Shown in pieces: positions 1 to 13,144 of a stretch of DNA of 64,000 bases. The stretch is from assembly GCF_036321535.1 (NCBI RefSeq), contig NC_087436.1, forward strand, positions 18,416,001 through 18,480,000. Direction: 5' to 3'. The stretch comes from Camelus dromedarius (taxonomy: Eukaryota). Position 1 is the first letter of the stretch. Each line of letters opens with the position of its first letter. The translations under genes were made by a program, and so were the position numbers. The notes under the pieces were generated by a model. It made no database searches. It was not told where the DNA came from and was given only the letters and a program-made list of their open reading frames with translations.

Positions 1-689
1 GCAGTCCTCAAATGGGCCACCACACATTTACTGAGCACCAACTACATACATGGCTCCCACCTGTCAAGAGTTCACACTTCAGAAGCCCCCTTCGTGAAGC
101 ACAACACAAAAGTCTATGTCCTCTGAAGACTCTTGACCCTTGGATACCTCCCTGAAGGACCCATCACCGGGCAAAAGGGAGAGCCAGCCCTCAGGCAAAG
201 GAATGTAATTTGGGGCTACAGCAGAACTGAGATGATCCAATAAGTTTTCAAGGAAAAAAAGGAGAGTAGGAAGACACAAATTGGGTAAAAGTGAAAAAAG
301 GCACTGCACACTCTTCCAAGGCACTTTCAAAAGGCGAGTAGACCTACACAAAAACTACCAGAGCCACCCTGGACTAGCAGCTGCTACCTCCCAAAGAAAG
401 CCATGGGGGAAATCAATCCTTTGTTAGAAGATCTGATTATTGTCGATGGCAAAGTGGCTGGAAACTTAAAAACATACTTTGAAGACTGAAATGGATTTTC
501 TCTGTCATGGCAAAGTATCAATGATGACATGTTTGAAACAACCCAGGTAGACGTCAGAAGGATAAATTAATCAGGGTTAAATTAATCATGCTATTTACAT
601 GACAGAACACTGTAAGAACATTAATGATCATGTTTTGACAAAACACTTAGTGGCACTGTAATACGCTCGTTACTAATGGCATGATCTTG

Positions 690-1160
690 CGCTACTCTGA
701 CCTCTCAACCTCAGTTTCCTCGTCTGTAAAGTGGGGCTAAGGAACTATGAGGTGACAATGGGAAGGAACAGTCCACAACTACATGTAAGAGCAACACAAC
801 AGAAGAACACATTCTGTATGATTCCATTTCCAGAAAATACAGAAACGGGGGGAAACATTTGTTGCTGGAAGTCCAGGGGGCATGCGGAGACTTCTGGACT
901 GTCTGTAACATTTGGTATGTTCTTTCTCTCGGTGCTGGTCACAATGGTGTATACAATTCATGGAAGTCCAACCAGTTGTACACGTATGAAAGTGTACTCT
1001 CTCTATATGCTCAATTTCAATAAAAAAGGATTTCAACTGAGGATAATTATAGGATCCTCTTCATGAGGATGTGGTGAGAATTAAATTATGTTGTGGAGAT
1101 TAACCACATATAAAATGTTTGCGTACAATGACTATCAGGTCCTCTTGTAATCCTCCCAGC
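690..1160 (+). mobile_element. MIR interrupted by an old L1 (L1ME/MC-like) 3' fragment (~755-1030)
   Basis: MIR core cctcagtttcctcgtctgtaaagtgggg at ~710-740. MIR-like sequence resumes at ~1040 after an L1-type end with aataaaaaa. Confidence 0.5.
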
Positions 1161-2699
1161 GCTGACCACATGAGAAGCGCTGTGAAATGTTCACTGAATG
1201 AACAAATCCCTGAGGTGAAATGAATCACTGCCAACCTCTGCAATCCCAACTGAGGTAAAAAATTTATGACAGCACTTATTTTGCACTTTGCACAGAACAA
1301 TTTATGTTGAAGCTCGCCACTCCCTACACCTGTATCTCCCTAAAGGCAGAGCACACGTATTCTTGTAAGCTTCACATCACAGAGAACAGCAAAGACGCTC
1401 AATAAATGTCTGCCCATTCTGGGATCTGAAGACGATTCTAAGAGTGTGAGAATGATCTGAAAACTGCAGAAGATGTTAACTGCAGAATAGTATCCCTTCT
1501 AGGCTTTATTTTTCAGTATGTTGAAAACCTACCACCTTGGAGGTGAAGGTTATGTTAAAAATGCCCATGTATTTCCGCGTGTTCACTCATTCACTCATTC
1601 CACAAACACACTGATGTACAAAGGTACACAGGATGCAGTTCCCACATTCCAAGGAGCTTACTGCTAAGGGAGAAGATATGTCAACAGCCACGGATTTGTT
1701 TCTGGGAGGGAGGCATCACTGACTCAGCATTGGATTTTATGCCAATTCCATGACTTGGTGATTCCTGGAAAACTTGGGAGGTATAAACATGCGAACTCTA
1801 AGAAGTAAGGGACCGCCTGTGCTTTCTAACTTTAGGAAGAGACCAGAACACTTATATCACCTACTCAGAGCCCAGGCTGGGATGGACCAACTTCTTTGGA
1901 TTTCTGTGCTGCTGGGCAGGCCTTTTCTGATCCATTCCTTCACTGAAATCCGGCCGTTGGAGGGGCCTGGCTAACTAGATATGGAACAAGATCCCAGCTC
2001 CAACTCTTTGCCCAAAAATTCCTCCTTCCTCCCCATACTGGTGGATAGACTCCAAGCATCTTGATTCAGACTGCTGAAAGTTCAACTCCTAGTATGCCGT
2101 TCTGGAATTATGTCTTTTCCTCATTGTCAGATTCTAGGAATTTCCCACATTTAAAAAATAATCACAGCTGTGCACTTAAGGATGTTTATTATAGTTTACC
2201 CAACACTGCTAAGTATTCTGTAAATAAAAATCCTACACTGTATTTTTAATACACCTTGGACCCAGGTCTCCCAAGACTCCCACAGGTGAAACTCAACTGT
2301 AAAGGAGCTCAAAATCTGAAACTAAAAAACACACAAGGAGAACATCCACAATGAACAAAACAGAACAGACACTCCAAAGCAATTCAACCCACTTTAATTT
2401 TAAATAATAGCTCCCTGGAGATATACTACAAAACCAGTAAATTTAAAGTAATTTTTGACATAAAAGCAGGAATCAAATACATGTGAACAGGGTGCTGCCA
2501 ACAACCTAAGCCCACTTGGCCATCAGCAAACATCAGGTTCTTTTCACAAACACTGGGATCCAGGAGTTTGCAGGTCAGGCTTGCGTGTTCGTCCTCCACC
2601 CACTGTGCACCAGCTGACACATGACAAGGAAACCAAACCTTACCATCCAATTCCACCAAACCAACAGACATCTACTCACCAAAAAACTACAAATTGAGA

Positions 2700-4070
2700 A
2701 GCTCTGATTGATTGATTGTAGGAACATGAATGGTACAACTTTGAGGGAAAAAATTGGCATCAGCTAACCAAGTTAACATCAGAATATCCAATCCAGTATT
2801 TCCTGTCTCAGATAATATTCAAGAGACCATCCTCATCACAGCCAACAAGATTCACATGAATGAATATTCATAAAAGTGGTTCATAACAAAGGAACTGGAA
2901 GTGACCCAAATGCTATTCAAAGGTGAAATGACAGAAAAATGGTAACACTGGGGGATGTTACAGGGCAGTGAAAATGGATGGACCAAAGCCAACGGAACAA
3001 CCTGGATAAATCATACTAATAACAGGGAATGAGAAAAGCAAGCCCCAGAGGGAAGAGCACATACAGAAGCAGATGAGAAGGGATGAGAAAGTTCAGGGTA
3101 GCATGGAAAAAAAAAGGGGGGGGGGGAGTCAGGGGAGAGACATAAGAATGGAACGCGGAGAAGCACAGGCAGATGTAAATTGCTGGCAGTGCACCAGTTT
3201 GATGAGTTCACAGGTATTCGTTGTATTAAAAACAGAAATAAGTAAGAGGGTCCTACAAAGCCCAATGACGATAATGTGTCATGAATTGAGGATTATAGTC
3301 GGCCCACTTCTCTGCGCCTGAGTCCCACCACCAATAAAGAAAAAGAGGTACAATACAAACAGCCAACTCACAGAAGCAGCAGCCTGAAAGGCCAACAGAC
3401 ATGTGCTAGGATAGTCAACCTCACCGCAATCAGGGAAACACAGCATTAATGCTAGAAGCGGTAAGGGATTACTTCACATCCCACAGCAAAAATGCAAAAG
3501 CTCGGTGACACCAAGTATTGGAGAAGACTCAGATCAATGAAATCACAGATATATTAAGGGGGGACGTAAACCGGCTACTGTGCATACGTAGCAATGTGAC
3601 CCTATCCGGTAAAGCTGGAGATGAGCCTGACCCAGCAATTCCACACTCACGTTTGTCCCCAGAGAGACTCACTAACACACACCAGGAGACATAGACGAGA
3701 AATGTCCATGCCAGTGCCATCTACAGAACAGAAACATTCCCAACATATCTGACAATGGGAGAACAGACTCAATGTAATGTAGAATAACCGTACAAAGGAA
3801 TACCATACACACCAGTTTTAACAAAGGAACTAGAGCTACGGATCAAAAACAAATAAATCTCAACAATAATTTTCATGGCTGTTTTTTCTCTCCAGGTACA
3901 GAAAAATTTATAGTTTTCTATCCTTTTCGTCAAGTTTCTTAAGTGACATTCTATATTGCTCATCAGGTCATACATGCGTAATAAAAGTATAAAACCATGC
4001 ATGGTGATGATACTCCCCAAATCCAGGAGAGTGGCTACTTCTGGAATAGGAAGGAGAGATGCAGGACAGG
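2700..4070 (+). mobile_element. Ancient L1 (L1MC/ME-like) fragments
   Basis: Degenerate L1 ORF2-end/3' UTR motifs: tggtacaactttg, gacccagcaattccacac, gaaatgtccatg, ataaatctcaacaataat. Confidence 0.55.
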
Positions 4071-4137
4071 GAGGGTCACCCAGGGGTCAATTCCCAGTGA
4101 TGTTCGTTTCTCATGATAAAAAATATATATATATATT

Positions 4138-4225
4138 GGGGGGGATGGGTATAGCTCATAGCAGAGCGCATGCTCAGCCTGCACAAGGTCCTGGGTTCCA
4201 TCCTCAGTATCTCTATTAAAAGAAT
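4138..4225 (+). mobile_element. tRNA-derived SINE (camelid Vic-1-like)
   Basis: ggg...gggtatagctca...agagcgcatgctcagcctgcacaaggtcctgggttccatcctcagta with A/B-box-like motifs and AT-rich tail; same family as the copy at 32461. Confidence 0.8.
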
Positions 4226-4716
4226 ATATATACTGACATAGTTCCTTCGAAAACTAAGATCTGACAAAGCCAGATGTGAGTACTTAGGTATTCATTATAT
4301 TATCTATATATTACATATGTTGACAACATCTCATACAAAAGAAAAAAACAGGACAAGATGGCACCTTGATAAAATTTATTTGAAAGGAGGTTGGAAGAAA
4401 ATATTCTTTGTATACAACTTTAAACCGACTACCAGATGTGAGTTCCCCTCACTACAGCCTTATCATCCCTTTGGCCTAGAGCCCAGAACGGGGCCTGAAA
4501 CACAAGATATGCTCCAATCAACATTTGCTCAATAACTAGACAAGCAGGTAGGGAAAATGTCAAATCATTAATCTAGTCATGTTTGAATATTTTCAAATGC
4601 ATTGAATCAAATCTGAGTATTTGTGTGTATGAATAATTACTGATAGCCTAGTCTCCTCTTCAATTGAAAACATACTTTCCACCAGACAGCCCATTTTTAA
4701 AAACTGTATCACTGTG

Positions 4717-5068
4717 TGTTATAGTCGGTCTGTGTGTACCCCAAATTCATCTGGTGAAGCCCTAACCGCCAAAGTGATGGTATTTGGAAGATGAGCCTTT
4801 GCGCTGTAACTAGGTCTGGATGAGGTCATGAGGGTAGGGCCCCTTGATGGGATCAGTACCCTCACAAAAGGAAGCGACCAGAGCCCGTGTGCTCTTCTCT
4901 CTCCACATCAGGACACAGTGAGAAGGTGGACAAGCCACAAGAGGGTTCTCACCAGGAATGAACCTGTCGGCACCTTGATCTTGGACCTCCCAGCCTCCAA
5001 AACTGTGAGAAATAAATGTCTGCTGTTAGAGCCACTATGTCTTTGTTATAGTAACCCAAGCTAAGACA
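4717..5068 (+). mobile_element. MaLR solo LTR (MLT1A-like)
   Basis: TG...CA ends (tgttatag...ctaagaca); typical ccccaaattca, gatgaggtcatgagggtagggccc and ccagcctccaaaactgtgagaaataaatgtc blocks. Confidence 0.85.
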
Positions 5069-7599
5069 CTAGGATAAAAAAAACAAAAAACTTTCTGCTC
5101 ATTAAGAACACGCCTTCTTATAGATAAACATATAAATTTATATTTAGAGAGAACGCGCCTTCTTAACTGCTAATAGAAAAGCACCTGATGTAAACTCTCA
5201 TCACACCCACATGAAAAGCGGGCATCTTTTCTCATCAAAGAGAGCTGATGAGATGCCCACTTTTCATGTGGGTCCTATATCCCTGGACCAACAGGAATGT
5301 TCTGACTTTAAATGACACCTATCATTACTTTACAGAGAAAAACTCTAGTTGATTGGGGAAAGCCCTGAGCAGGAAGTGAAAATACAAAAGATCTGAGTTC
5401 TCAGACCACCCAGCTGTGTGACACTGGGCAGCCCCTCTATGCACCTGACACATTTATTTAAAGCATGAGATTGGTCCAAGGGACCACAGTCTCTTCAGTT
5501 CCAGAATTAGGATATTATGTTACTTGGGAATTTCTGAATCTCTCACTTAAAATATGTGGAGACCAGAGCCAAGCAGCACTCAGCCGACTTCCAGAGAAAT
5601 ACACCTGGACAAAATACTACTTAGATTATACTTTACCAAACTGAATTTAAGATTATAGGTAAATCGACTTCCACACATGGAAAGGAAAGCAAATAATATT
5701 TAAGCAAAGGAGCCTCTTTTCCCCGTACTCACCCCTCAAAGACAGCTGGACCTGCTCTCACAAAAGCAACCACCACCATGCAGTTTGCACCCAGGTCATC
5801 AGTTTGCTGAAAATCCCAGTAGCTGAGGAAAGCTGCTACTGTTGCAAGAACTGAATGGGTAGATTTACAGCATCGTCACATTTATGAGCACAATATTAAC
5901 TGACGCTCTGATGCAGTCCTCGTTTGACTCCATTTGAGTGACTTTCCAGATGTTGCTTCATAGCTTACAAATAACAATAAAGCACAAATATTTTCTCAAG
6001 CATAAGAAAATACCTTGCTTTCCCTATGTCACAGGAATCTACCAAAACACATAATCATGGTTCTCTCCAAATATCTCAGACTGACTCTTTTTCTTTCACC
6101 CACAAGAAAAATCTAGCGTAGATATCACTTACTGAGATAAGGCAGCCTGCTGATTACCCACTGCTCACGTCACACACACGGAACATTCCCAAACATGTAC
6201 AAAGGAATGGGGTGGGGGGGTCGGCAGACGTGAAGAAAGGGGACTGTCCTCGGCCCAAGGTGCTTACCACCCCACCTTTGGTCCTTGTCCCCACGCTCAC
6301 CAAGGTTTGGACAAAAAGAAGTGCTTTCAAAATTTTTCCTTCATACTTTCACTTGATCTCAGAAGTACTTACTCTTTTAAAGAAAACAAGCTATTATGAT
6401 GTCAGTGTAGGGTGTTTTTGGGGGGGAGGGGTTGGTTTGCAGATACTGGGGAAAGGACACCAGCAGAGGAAGAGAGGAGAGTTTTGTTCTCATGAATTTT
6501 TTTCATACCTGGGAACAATTAATTAGGGTTTGAAGACAAAAACTGAGCCCCAGTTTTACCCTAAGCCCCTTACTCCTAATCGTATCCAAGTCACCCCCTC
6601 ACACAGCCTCTTCGCTCACCTTCTACAATCCCAGACCAGCTCCCTTCAGATCTGGTGCTTCCAATCAACTCCAACCATAATGTGGCTGTATTTCCCACTG
6701 GGTACCATGATTTCTCCTAAGGTTACCACGTTGATATTCGTGTTATCAAAAGACCAGAGTTAGGCTGTTGATATGCTGTGCACACAAGGCGATAGGAGAC
6801 CAGTGGTCACTGGTCATGGGACCAGGCAGCTCGGGTGAAGTGACCAAAGGACGACAGGACTGAGCCAACGCAGCATGAAGGCAGCGGCTACAGGACTTAG
6901 CCCGTCCAGGGGCCAAATGCCTGAGAAGAGCCCAGAGGTGAGATCCAAATGAGGTTCTCCTCATCCCAATCCCTTCCAGCGCACTAGTTTCCCAATGCCT
7001 GCAGCCCCTCCTGCTCAGAACCCTTCCCTCCCACCCCTGCCTAGCAAGCCCAACCACAGATCCCTTGGTTGGCAGCCTTCCAGTCTGGCGAGAACAGGCA
7101 CTTGCCCTCCTCCAGCCCCACCAACCCCCTCCACTCCAGCCAAGGAATGATTCATTTTCACCTTCACAAGCTCCACCTTCCCCCTTGGCTGACATGCTGC
7201 TCACCATGTTTCCTACATTGAAAATACTCTTCCCTGGTCCAATCTGTGTGTTTAAACCCTGCCCTTATTCATTCAAATACTGAGCCCCCGCTGTGCCAAG
7301 TGCACGTCAGAGGCCACCTAAGTGGGAGAAAAGAAAATTCAATACTACTTCTACCAGGAATTCACACCTGGTCCTCCAGTTTCCCTCCTGTCTTCCCAAG
7401 GCCTATCACACCTTGTATGTGTTACAACCCTGATCTCCTAGCTTCCAGCTTGGTGACAAGTGAGCAAGAGACTTAACTTTCTGCAGGGGAAGGACAGAGC
7501 AGTCCTTCAGAATAGGGCAGGGTGCCCTTTAAGAAAAAGAGTGCAACTCACAATGTATCAAATGCTGCCAAGGGGTGAAGATAAGAACCAAAAAGCATC

Positions 7600-8740
7600 T
7601 GAGACAGGAAGGAAGGGGGCAGGACACAGCCATTAAAGGAAGGACACAGTAAGTAGCACCAGGATGATGGAGAAGTCAACTCCCAATAGACCTGGAGGCC
7701 CAAGATGGGAGGTTCGACCTCCAGTGACCTTTGACCTATAATGTACTAGCATGGTGAATGACATACCCAGAGGTACCATGACAATTCTGAGCTAAGCAAG
7801 AAAGGTCAAAGAGAGGGCTGTGGCCCAATTCCTGGGAATCCCTGCCCCATCCTCAAAGTAGTTGGAATAATCCTCTCACTTGTTAGCACATGAAAACTAG
7901 CCCCCAGTGTTCATAGCAGCAGTATTTACAACAGCCAAGACACGGAAACAACCTAAATGTCCATTGACAGATGTCTGGATAAAGAAGTTGTGGTATATTT
8001 CTACAGTGGACTACTACTCAGCCATAAAAAGGAATAAAATGCCATTTGCAGTAACATGGATGGAACTGGAGATCACCATTCTCAGTGAAGCCAGAAAGAG
8101 AAAAATGTCATATGATATCACTCATATGTGGAATCAAAAGAAAAGAGGACACTATGAACTCATCTACAAACAGAAAGAAACTCGCAGACAGAGTAAACAA
8201 TCATGGTTACGGGGGGGAAGAGGATGGGAAGGGATAAATTTGGGATTTTGAGATTTGCAAAGGTTAGCTACTATAAACAAAAATAGATTTTAAAAAATTT
8301 CTTCCATATAGCACAGGGAACTATATTCAGTATCTTGTAATAACCTTTAATGAAAATGAATATATATGTATGTATATACATGACTGGAACATTGTGCTGT
8401 ACACCAGAAACTGACACACTGTAATTGATTGTACTTCAATTTAAAAAACAATTAATTAAAAAACAAAAACAACCAACACCACATCTGGCAGTCATTCTCT
8501 CTTATGAGACGGCCTACACTGTCTATGGAGTGTGTATCTACTTCTACTTTAACCACTCCCCTCCTCACCCCCATACATCTCTCTAAATAAAGCTACTCTT
8601 ACTCAACTGGCTCGCTCTTGAATTCTTTCCTGTGCAAAGCCAAGGACCCTCACTTGGCGGGGCAAATCCCAGGGATCCATCTGACACCTGGGACACAGCC
8701 ATCCTCTTGTGCCCCTGCCCCCCTCATTTTCCTGTATTAC
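7600..8740 (+). mobile_element. ERV1-class solo LTR split by an L1 insertion
   Basis: Starts tgagacagg. LTR-type U3 sequence (caagatgg, cccaattcctgggaatccctgcccc), then after the L1 ggagtgtg...aataaagc...ttgaattctttcctgtgc...gaccctcacttggcgg (R/U5-like). Confidence 0.7.
7903..8470 (+). mobile_element. 5'-truncated young L1 (ORF2 C-terminal end + 3' UTR + A-tail)
   Basis: ORF 7907-8251 MFIAAVFTTAKTRKQPKCPLTDVWIKKLWYI is the L1 ORF2p tail; 3' UTR acagggaactatattcag; A-rich end. Confidence 0.92.
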
Positions 8741-10567
8741 CTCCACTATGCTGAGTCCAAGAAGATAAGAGCCGTGACCTTGGGGAGGGCAATCATCACC
8801 AGAACAGCGAAAGCAAAAAACAGCCAACGTTGGGTTGAGCAGAAAGAGTAGGGGAGAAAGAAATGGAGACTGAACATCGATTCATTTTGGCACCCATCTT
8901 TCCTCAACCATAACCCCAAATAACTTTTAACAGATCTTCTGTGTAAAGAGACAGTAGTTATTGTTATACATTAATTCAAACCCCAAAACTATGCAGTATA
9001 TATGACCTGCAGCATATCTACCAGTGGTCCATTTTCAGTTACCGTTTTATCTTCAGTTGTCCTCTGAAACATCACAAATTTTTTCCTACTATCCTGCAAA
9101 TCAAAATGTTTCACAGAATGTCTTCCCCCTTCTGTTCCTACAAATGGGACAGCAACTAGGTTGAGTCAGCTGATGGAAAAGTTGAGGGGGAGAACCCTAT
9201 AAATTCTGAGTTGTTACTGTTCTCTGCCAGGAGAAAGAACTGAATTCCTTTATATGGACCCTCAGGAGGTTACCACACTTCCCATCTCCACAGGGCAATT
9301 ATCCAAGGGGGTCACATACCTTGAAAGCTGGTATTGCCAGATTCACAAAACACACTGAAAGACATTACTCCATCTGCTTCTCATACTAACATTAATGTAA
9401 ATCAGTTATTTGATATCATGCAGCTGCTTAAAAAAAGGCTTACAGGCCCTCCAGCTGCCTGAAGGCAAGTTCCACTCAGGCAGTTTAGAACTGCTTTCCT
9501 TCCGTAAGGGTCTCCCATCTTTAACCAAAAAAGCTACCTTGCACATGGAAAATTTGGAAACCAAGAGTTTTTAAATGACCCAGCCTAGAAAAATTCTTAT
9601 CAAGAAATATGAACACACCAACCTCAATTCTCCTAAGATCAGAAATAAGTTTATCCTATAAAAGGAATTCCAAGGTTCAGTTTCTTACTACGAACTTGGG
9701 ACCCTAAAAAAAAAAAAAACTACTCAGTGATACCATTATGAAAATAAGGAGTGGTCTGCATACCGAAAGGATAAAGAAAATGAGTGTCATCTAACAGTCA
9801 TCTATGTGCCAAGCCCTTATAGGTATTTTGAAGCCTACTGAGATATTAAAATCTCACAGAGAACAGTCTTCCTTGTATGCAGTGATTGCTACGAAACCAC
9901 AATAACTGACCAAAGTCACAGTTAACAATGATAGGGGGAAAACCAAATTCACATCTTCCTAGTAAAGACCATGGACAGACTTAGTACCTGGATTTTAGAA
10001 AGAGCTCAGATAAGGCAACATTGGGGGTGGATGGGGGGAGGTTGCCAAATGACCTTTTTTTCTGAAGGCATAAATCAATTGTCATTTATGTCCTGAGTAC
10101 CATGCACATGCAGCCATTTCAAAGATGTCCAAGGAATTCAAGGAGATGCTTAAGATATCAAAACCACTATCTTGGCAATACTTACATTCTGTAAGTTACA
10201 CGCTATCAATCTGAAGTCTGTAATACAGCTTCCACTTAAGTACACACGTTGTCAAGTCGCATTTAAAAAACTGGGAAGCCCTATCAATGAACATTAAATC
10301 CAGGACCAGAGGACAGAGGAAGCAAAGTGGAATACTGGATTACAGACTCAGCAGAAGGAATTAAACCCCACAAGTCATCATTAGAAAACTGGCTAAAATC
10401 TAAAATAGCAGAACTCCAGCTAGCTATTTCTTTGCTTGTTTGTTTGACTTACTGATGCTTCAAAATGCATAAACACCCTTGCTCCAATCTTAAATCTTAA
10501 TCACAGAAGTCCTTGGAATGAAAGGAGTCAATATTCAAAGTTATTCTACCTCTTTAGCTTAGGTATT

Positions 10568-12046
10568 TTTTTTTAATTGAAGTCTAGTCAGTCCACAATG
10601 TTGTGTCAATTTCTGGTGTACAGTATAATGTATCAGTCATACATATACATACATATATTCCTTTTCATATTCTTTTTCATTATAGGTTACTACAAGATAC
10701 TGAATATAGTTCCCTGCACTATACAGTAGAAACTTGTTGTTTACCTATTTTATACATACTACTTAGTATCTGCAAATCTTGAGCTCCCAATTCATCCCTT
10801 CCCACCCCCTTCCCCCTCATAACCATAAATTTGTTTTCTATGTCTGTTTTTGTTTTGTAGAGAAGTTCATTTGTCTTTTTTTTTAGATTCCACATATAAG
10901 TGATATCACGTGGTATTGTTCCTTCTCTTCTGGCTTACTTCACTTAGAATGACAATCTCCAGGTCAATCCATGTTGCTGCAAATGACATTATTTTATTCT
11001 TTTTTATGGCCGAGTAGTATTCCATTGTATAAATATACCACAGCTTCTTTATCCAGTCATCTATCGATGGACATTTAAGTTGTTTCCATGTCATGGCTAT
11101 TGTAAATAATGCTGCTATGAACACTGGGGGTACATGTATCTTTTTAAATTACAGTTCCCTCTGGATATATGCCCAGGAGTGGGATTGCTGAATCATATGG
11201 TAAGTCTATTTTTAGTTTTTTGAGGAATCTCCATACAGTTTTCCATAACAGTTGCACCAAACTACATTCCCACCAACAGTGTACGAGGGTTCCGTTTTTT
11301 CTCCATACCCTCTCTAGCATTTATCATTCGTGGACTTTATAATGATGGCCATTCTGACTGGTGTGAGGTGATACCTCATTGTAGTTTTGGTTTGCATTTC
11401 TCTGATAATTAGCAATACTGAGCACATTTTCATGTGCCTATTGGCCACTTGAATGTCTTCACTGGAAAACTGCTTGCTTAGGTCTTCTGCCCATTTTTGG
11501 ATTGGGATTTTTTTAAGTTGTATGAGCTGTTTATATATTCTGGAAATTAAGCTCTGTCAGTCTCATCTTTTGCAAATATTTTCTCCCATTCCATGGGTTG
11601 TTATTTTGTTTTGATTATGGTTTCCCTTCCTGTGCACAAGCTTTTAAGTTTAATTAGGTCCCATTTGTTTATTTTTGCTTTTATTTCTATTGCCTGGGTA
11701 CACTGCACTAGGAGAACATTGCTAAGATTTATGTCAGAGAATGTTTTGCCTATATTTTCTAGGAGGTTTATAATGTCTTGTTTTATATTTAAGTCTTTAA
11801 GCCATATTGAGTTTACTTTTGTGTATGGTGTGAGGGAGTGTTCTCAGTTCACTGATTTACATGCTTCTGTCCAGTTTTCCCAACATCATTTGCTAAAGAG
11901 ACTATCTTCACTCCATTGTATATTCTTGCCTCCTCTGTCAAAGATTAACTGACCAAAAGTCTGGGGGTTTACTTTTGGGCTCTCTATTCTGTTCCATTAA
12001 TCCATATGTCTGCTTTTGTATTAATACCATGATGTTTTGATTACTG
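10568..12046 (-). mobile_element. 5'-truncated young L1, ~1.5 kb, with 14-bp TSD
   Basis: T-tract at the left end; ORF 10906-11124 is the ORF2p tail. TSD ttagcttaggtatt (10554-10567) / ttagcgtaggtatt (12047-12060). Confidence 0.95.
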
Positions 12047-13003
12047 TTAGCGTAGGTATTATTATCTGAGTGTCATATTTACAACAACATTTTATTTTCT
12101 TAACTGTTAGAACATAAGCCTTCATCCACTTCATCATTTCAGAATGGGCTGCAGTCCATTATACTTAAAATAGAAGGCAAGCCTTCCTGGGTCTTCTGAA
12201 TCTTTAAAGACTCGTTGAGCTAGGAAGGACTCTGAGAGGCTTTCAAATAAACGGGGAAGTATTGACACATGAAGTTCCCAGAAGCTTCTTCTTCCCTGTC
12301 TGCAAACTGGTCTGACCCCTCTCAGCAGGCTGTAACACAGTCAGTAATGGGCACCAAGACACAGGGCTGGCCTGCTACACTGAGACACCAGCAATGACCG
12401 AAGCAGGTACCACACAGCATCTGACCCAGAAATCTACACACATGGTTCTCTCAAAGCCGACTTCCCAGCAGTAGTTCTTGCTGAGGTCAGGCAGACTTTT
12501 TTTTTTTTTTTTTTTCGCTGACAAGCATTTCCACAAAGTAGTATTCTATACCCAGTAGCTGACTGGTCAGCTGTACAGCTGACTCACACTGGAAGAACCC
12601 ACTGCTGCAAATGTGCTGCTTTCATGCTGACCAAATGCACGTGCCACACGAGAAACGTCACCAGCACTCCGTGATGCTATACAACTGTCACCACAGACAC
12701 ACAGAATCACGTTCTGCGTGAAGACTACCCGAAGCTCAACACCCCCAACAGTTGATCTTTCAACCATACTATGCCAACGGGCAGTAAAACCAGGATGTTT
12801 CACAGGCAAACACGTCTTTGCCCACACCCGACACACACCAGAGTTAAATTCAGTATAATCCAGTCTCTCTAAGACATTCACTCCACAGCCATGTGGAAAG
12901 ATTCTGCATTAGCAATATAAGTGTTTTTGTTTTTTCTTTTTAAACAATGTGAAAAAAAATGTTTATTTTTGTCTATAGGACTTTTCCCCCCAAAACAAAC
13001 AAC

Positions 13004-13144
13004 TTTTTATTGAAGTATAGCTGATTTACAATATGGTTAGTTCAGGTGTCAGCAGAGTGACTCAGTTCACATACATACATACTGTAGTGTGTATCTGTTA
13101 ATCCCAAACTCCTAATTTTCCCTCCCTGCCACCCCACTTTCTCC
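13004..13144 (-). mobile_element. Short internally deleted L1 3' UTR fragment
   Basis: tttttattgaagtatagctgatttacaat...gtgtatctgttaatcccaaactcctaa matches the other L1 3' ends in the window. Confidence 0.8.
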
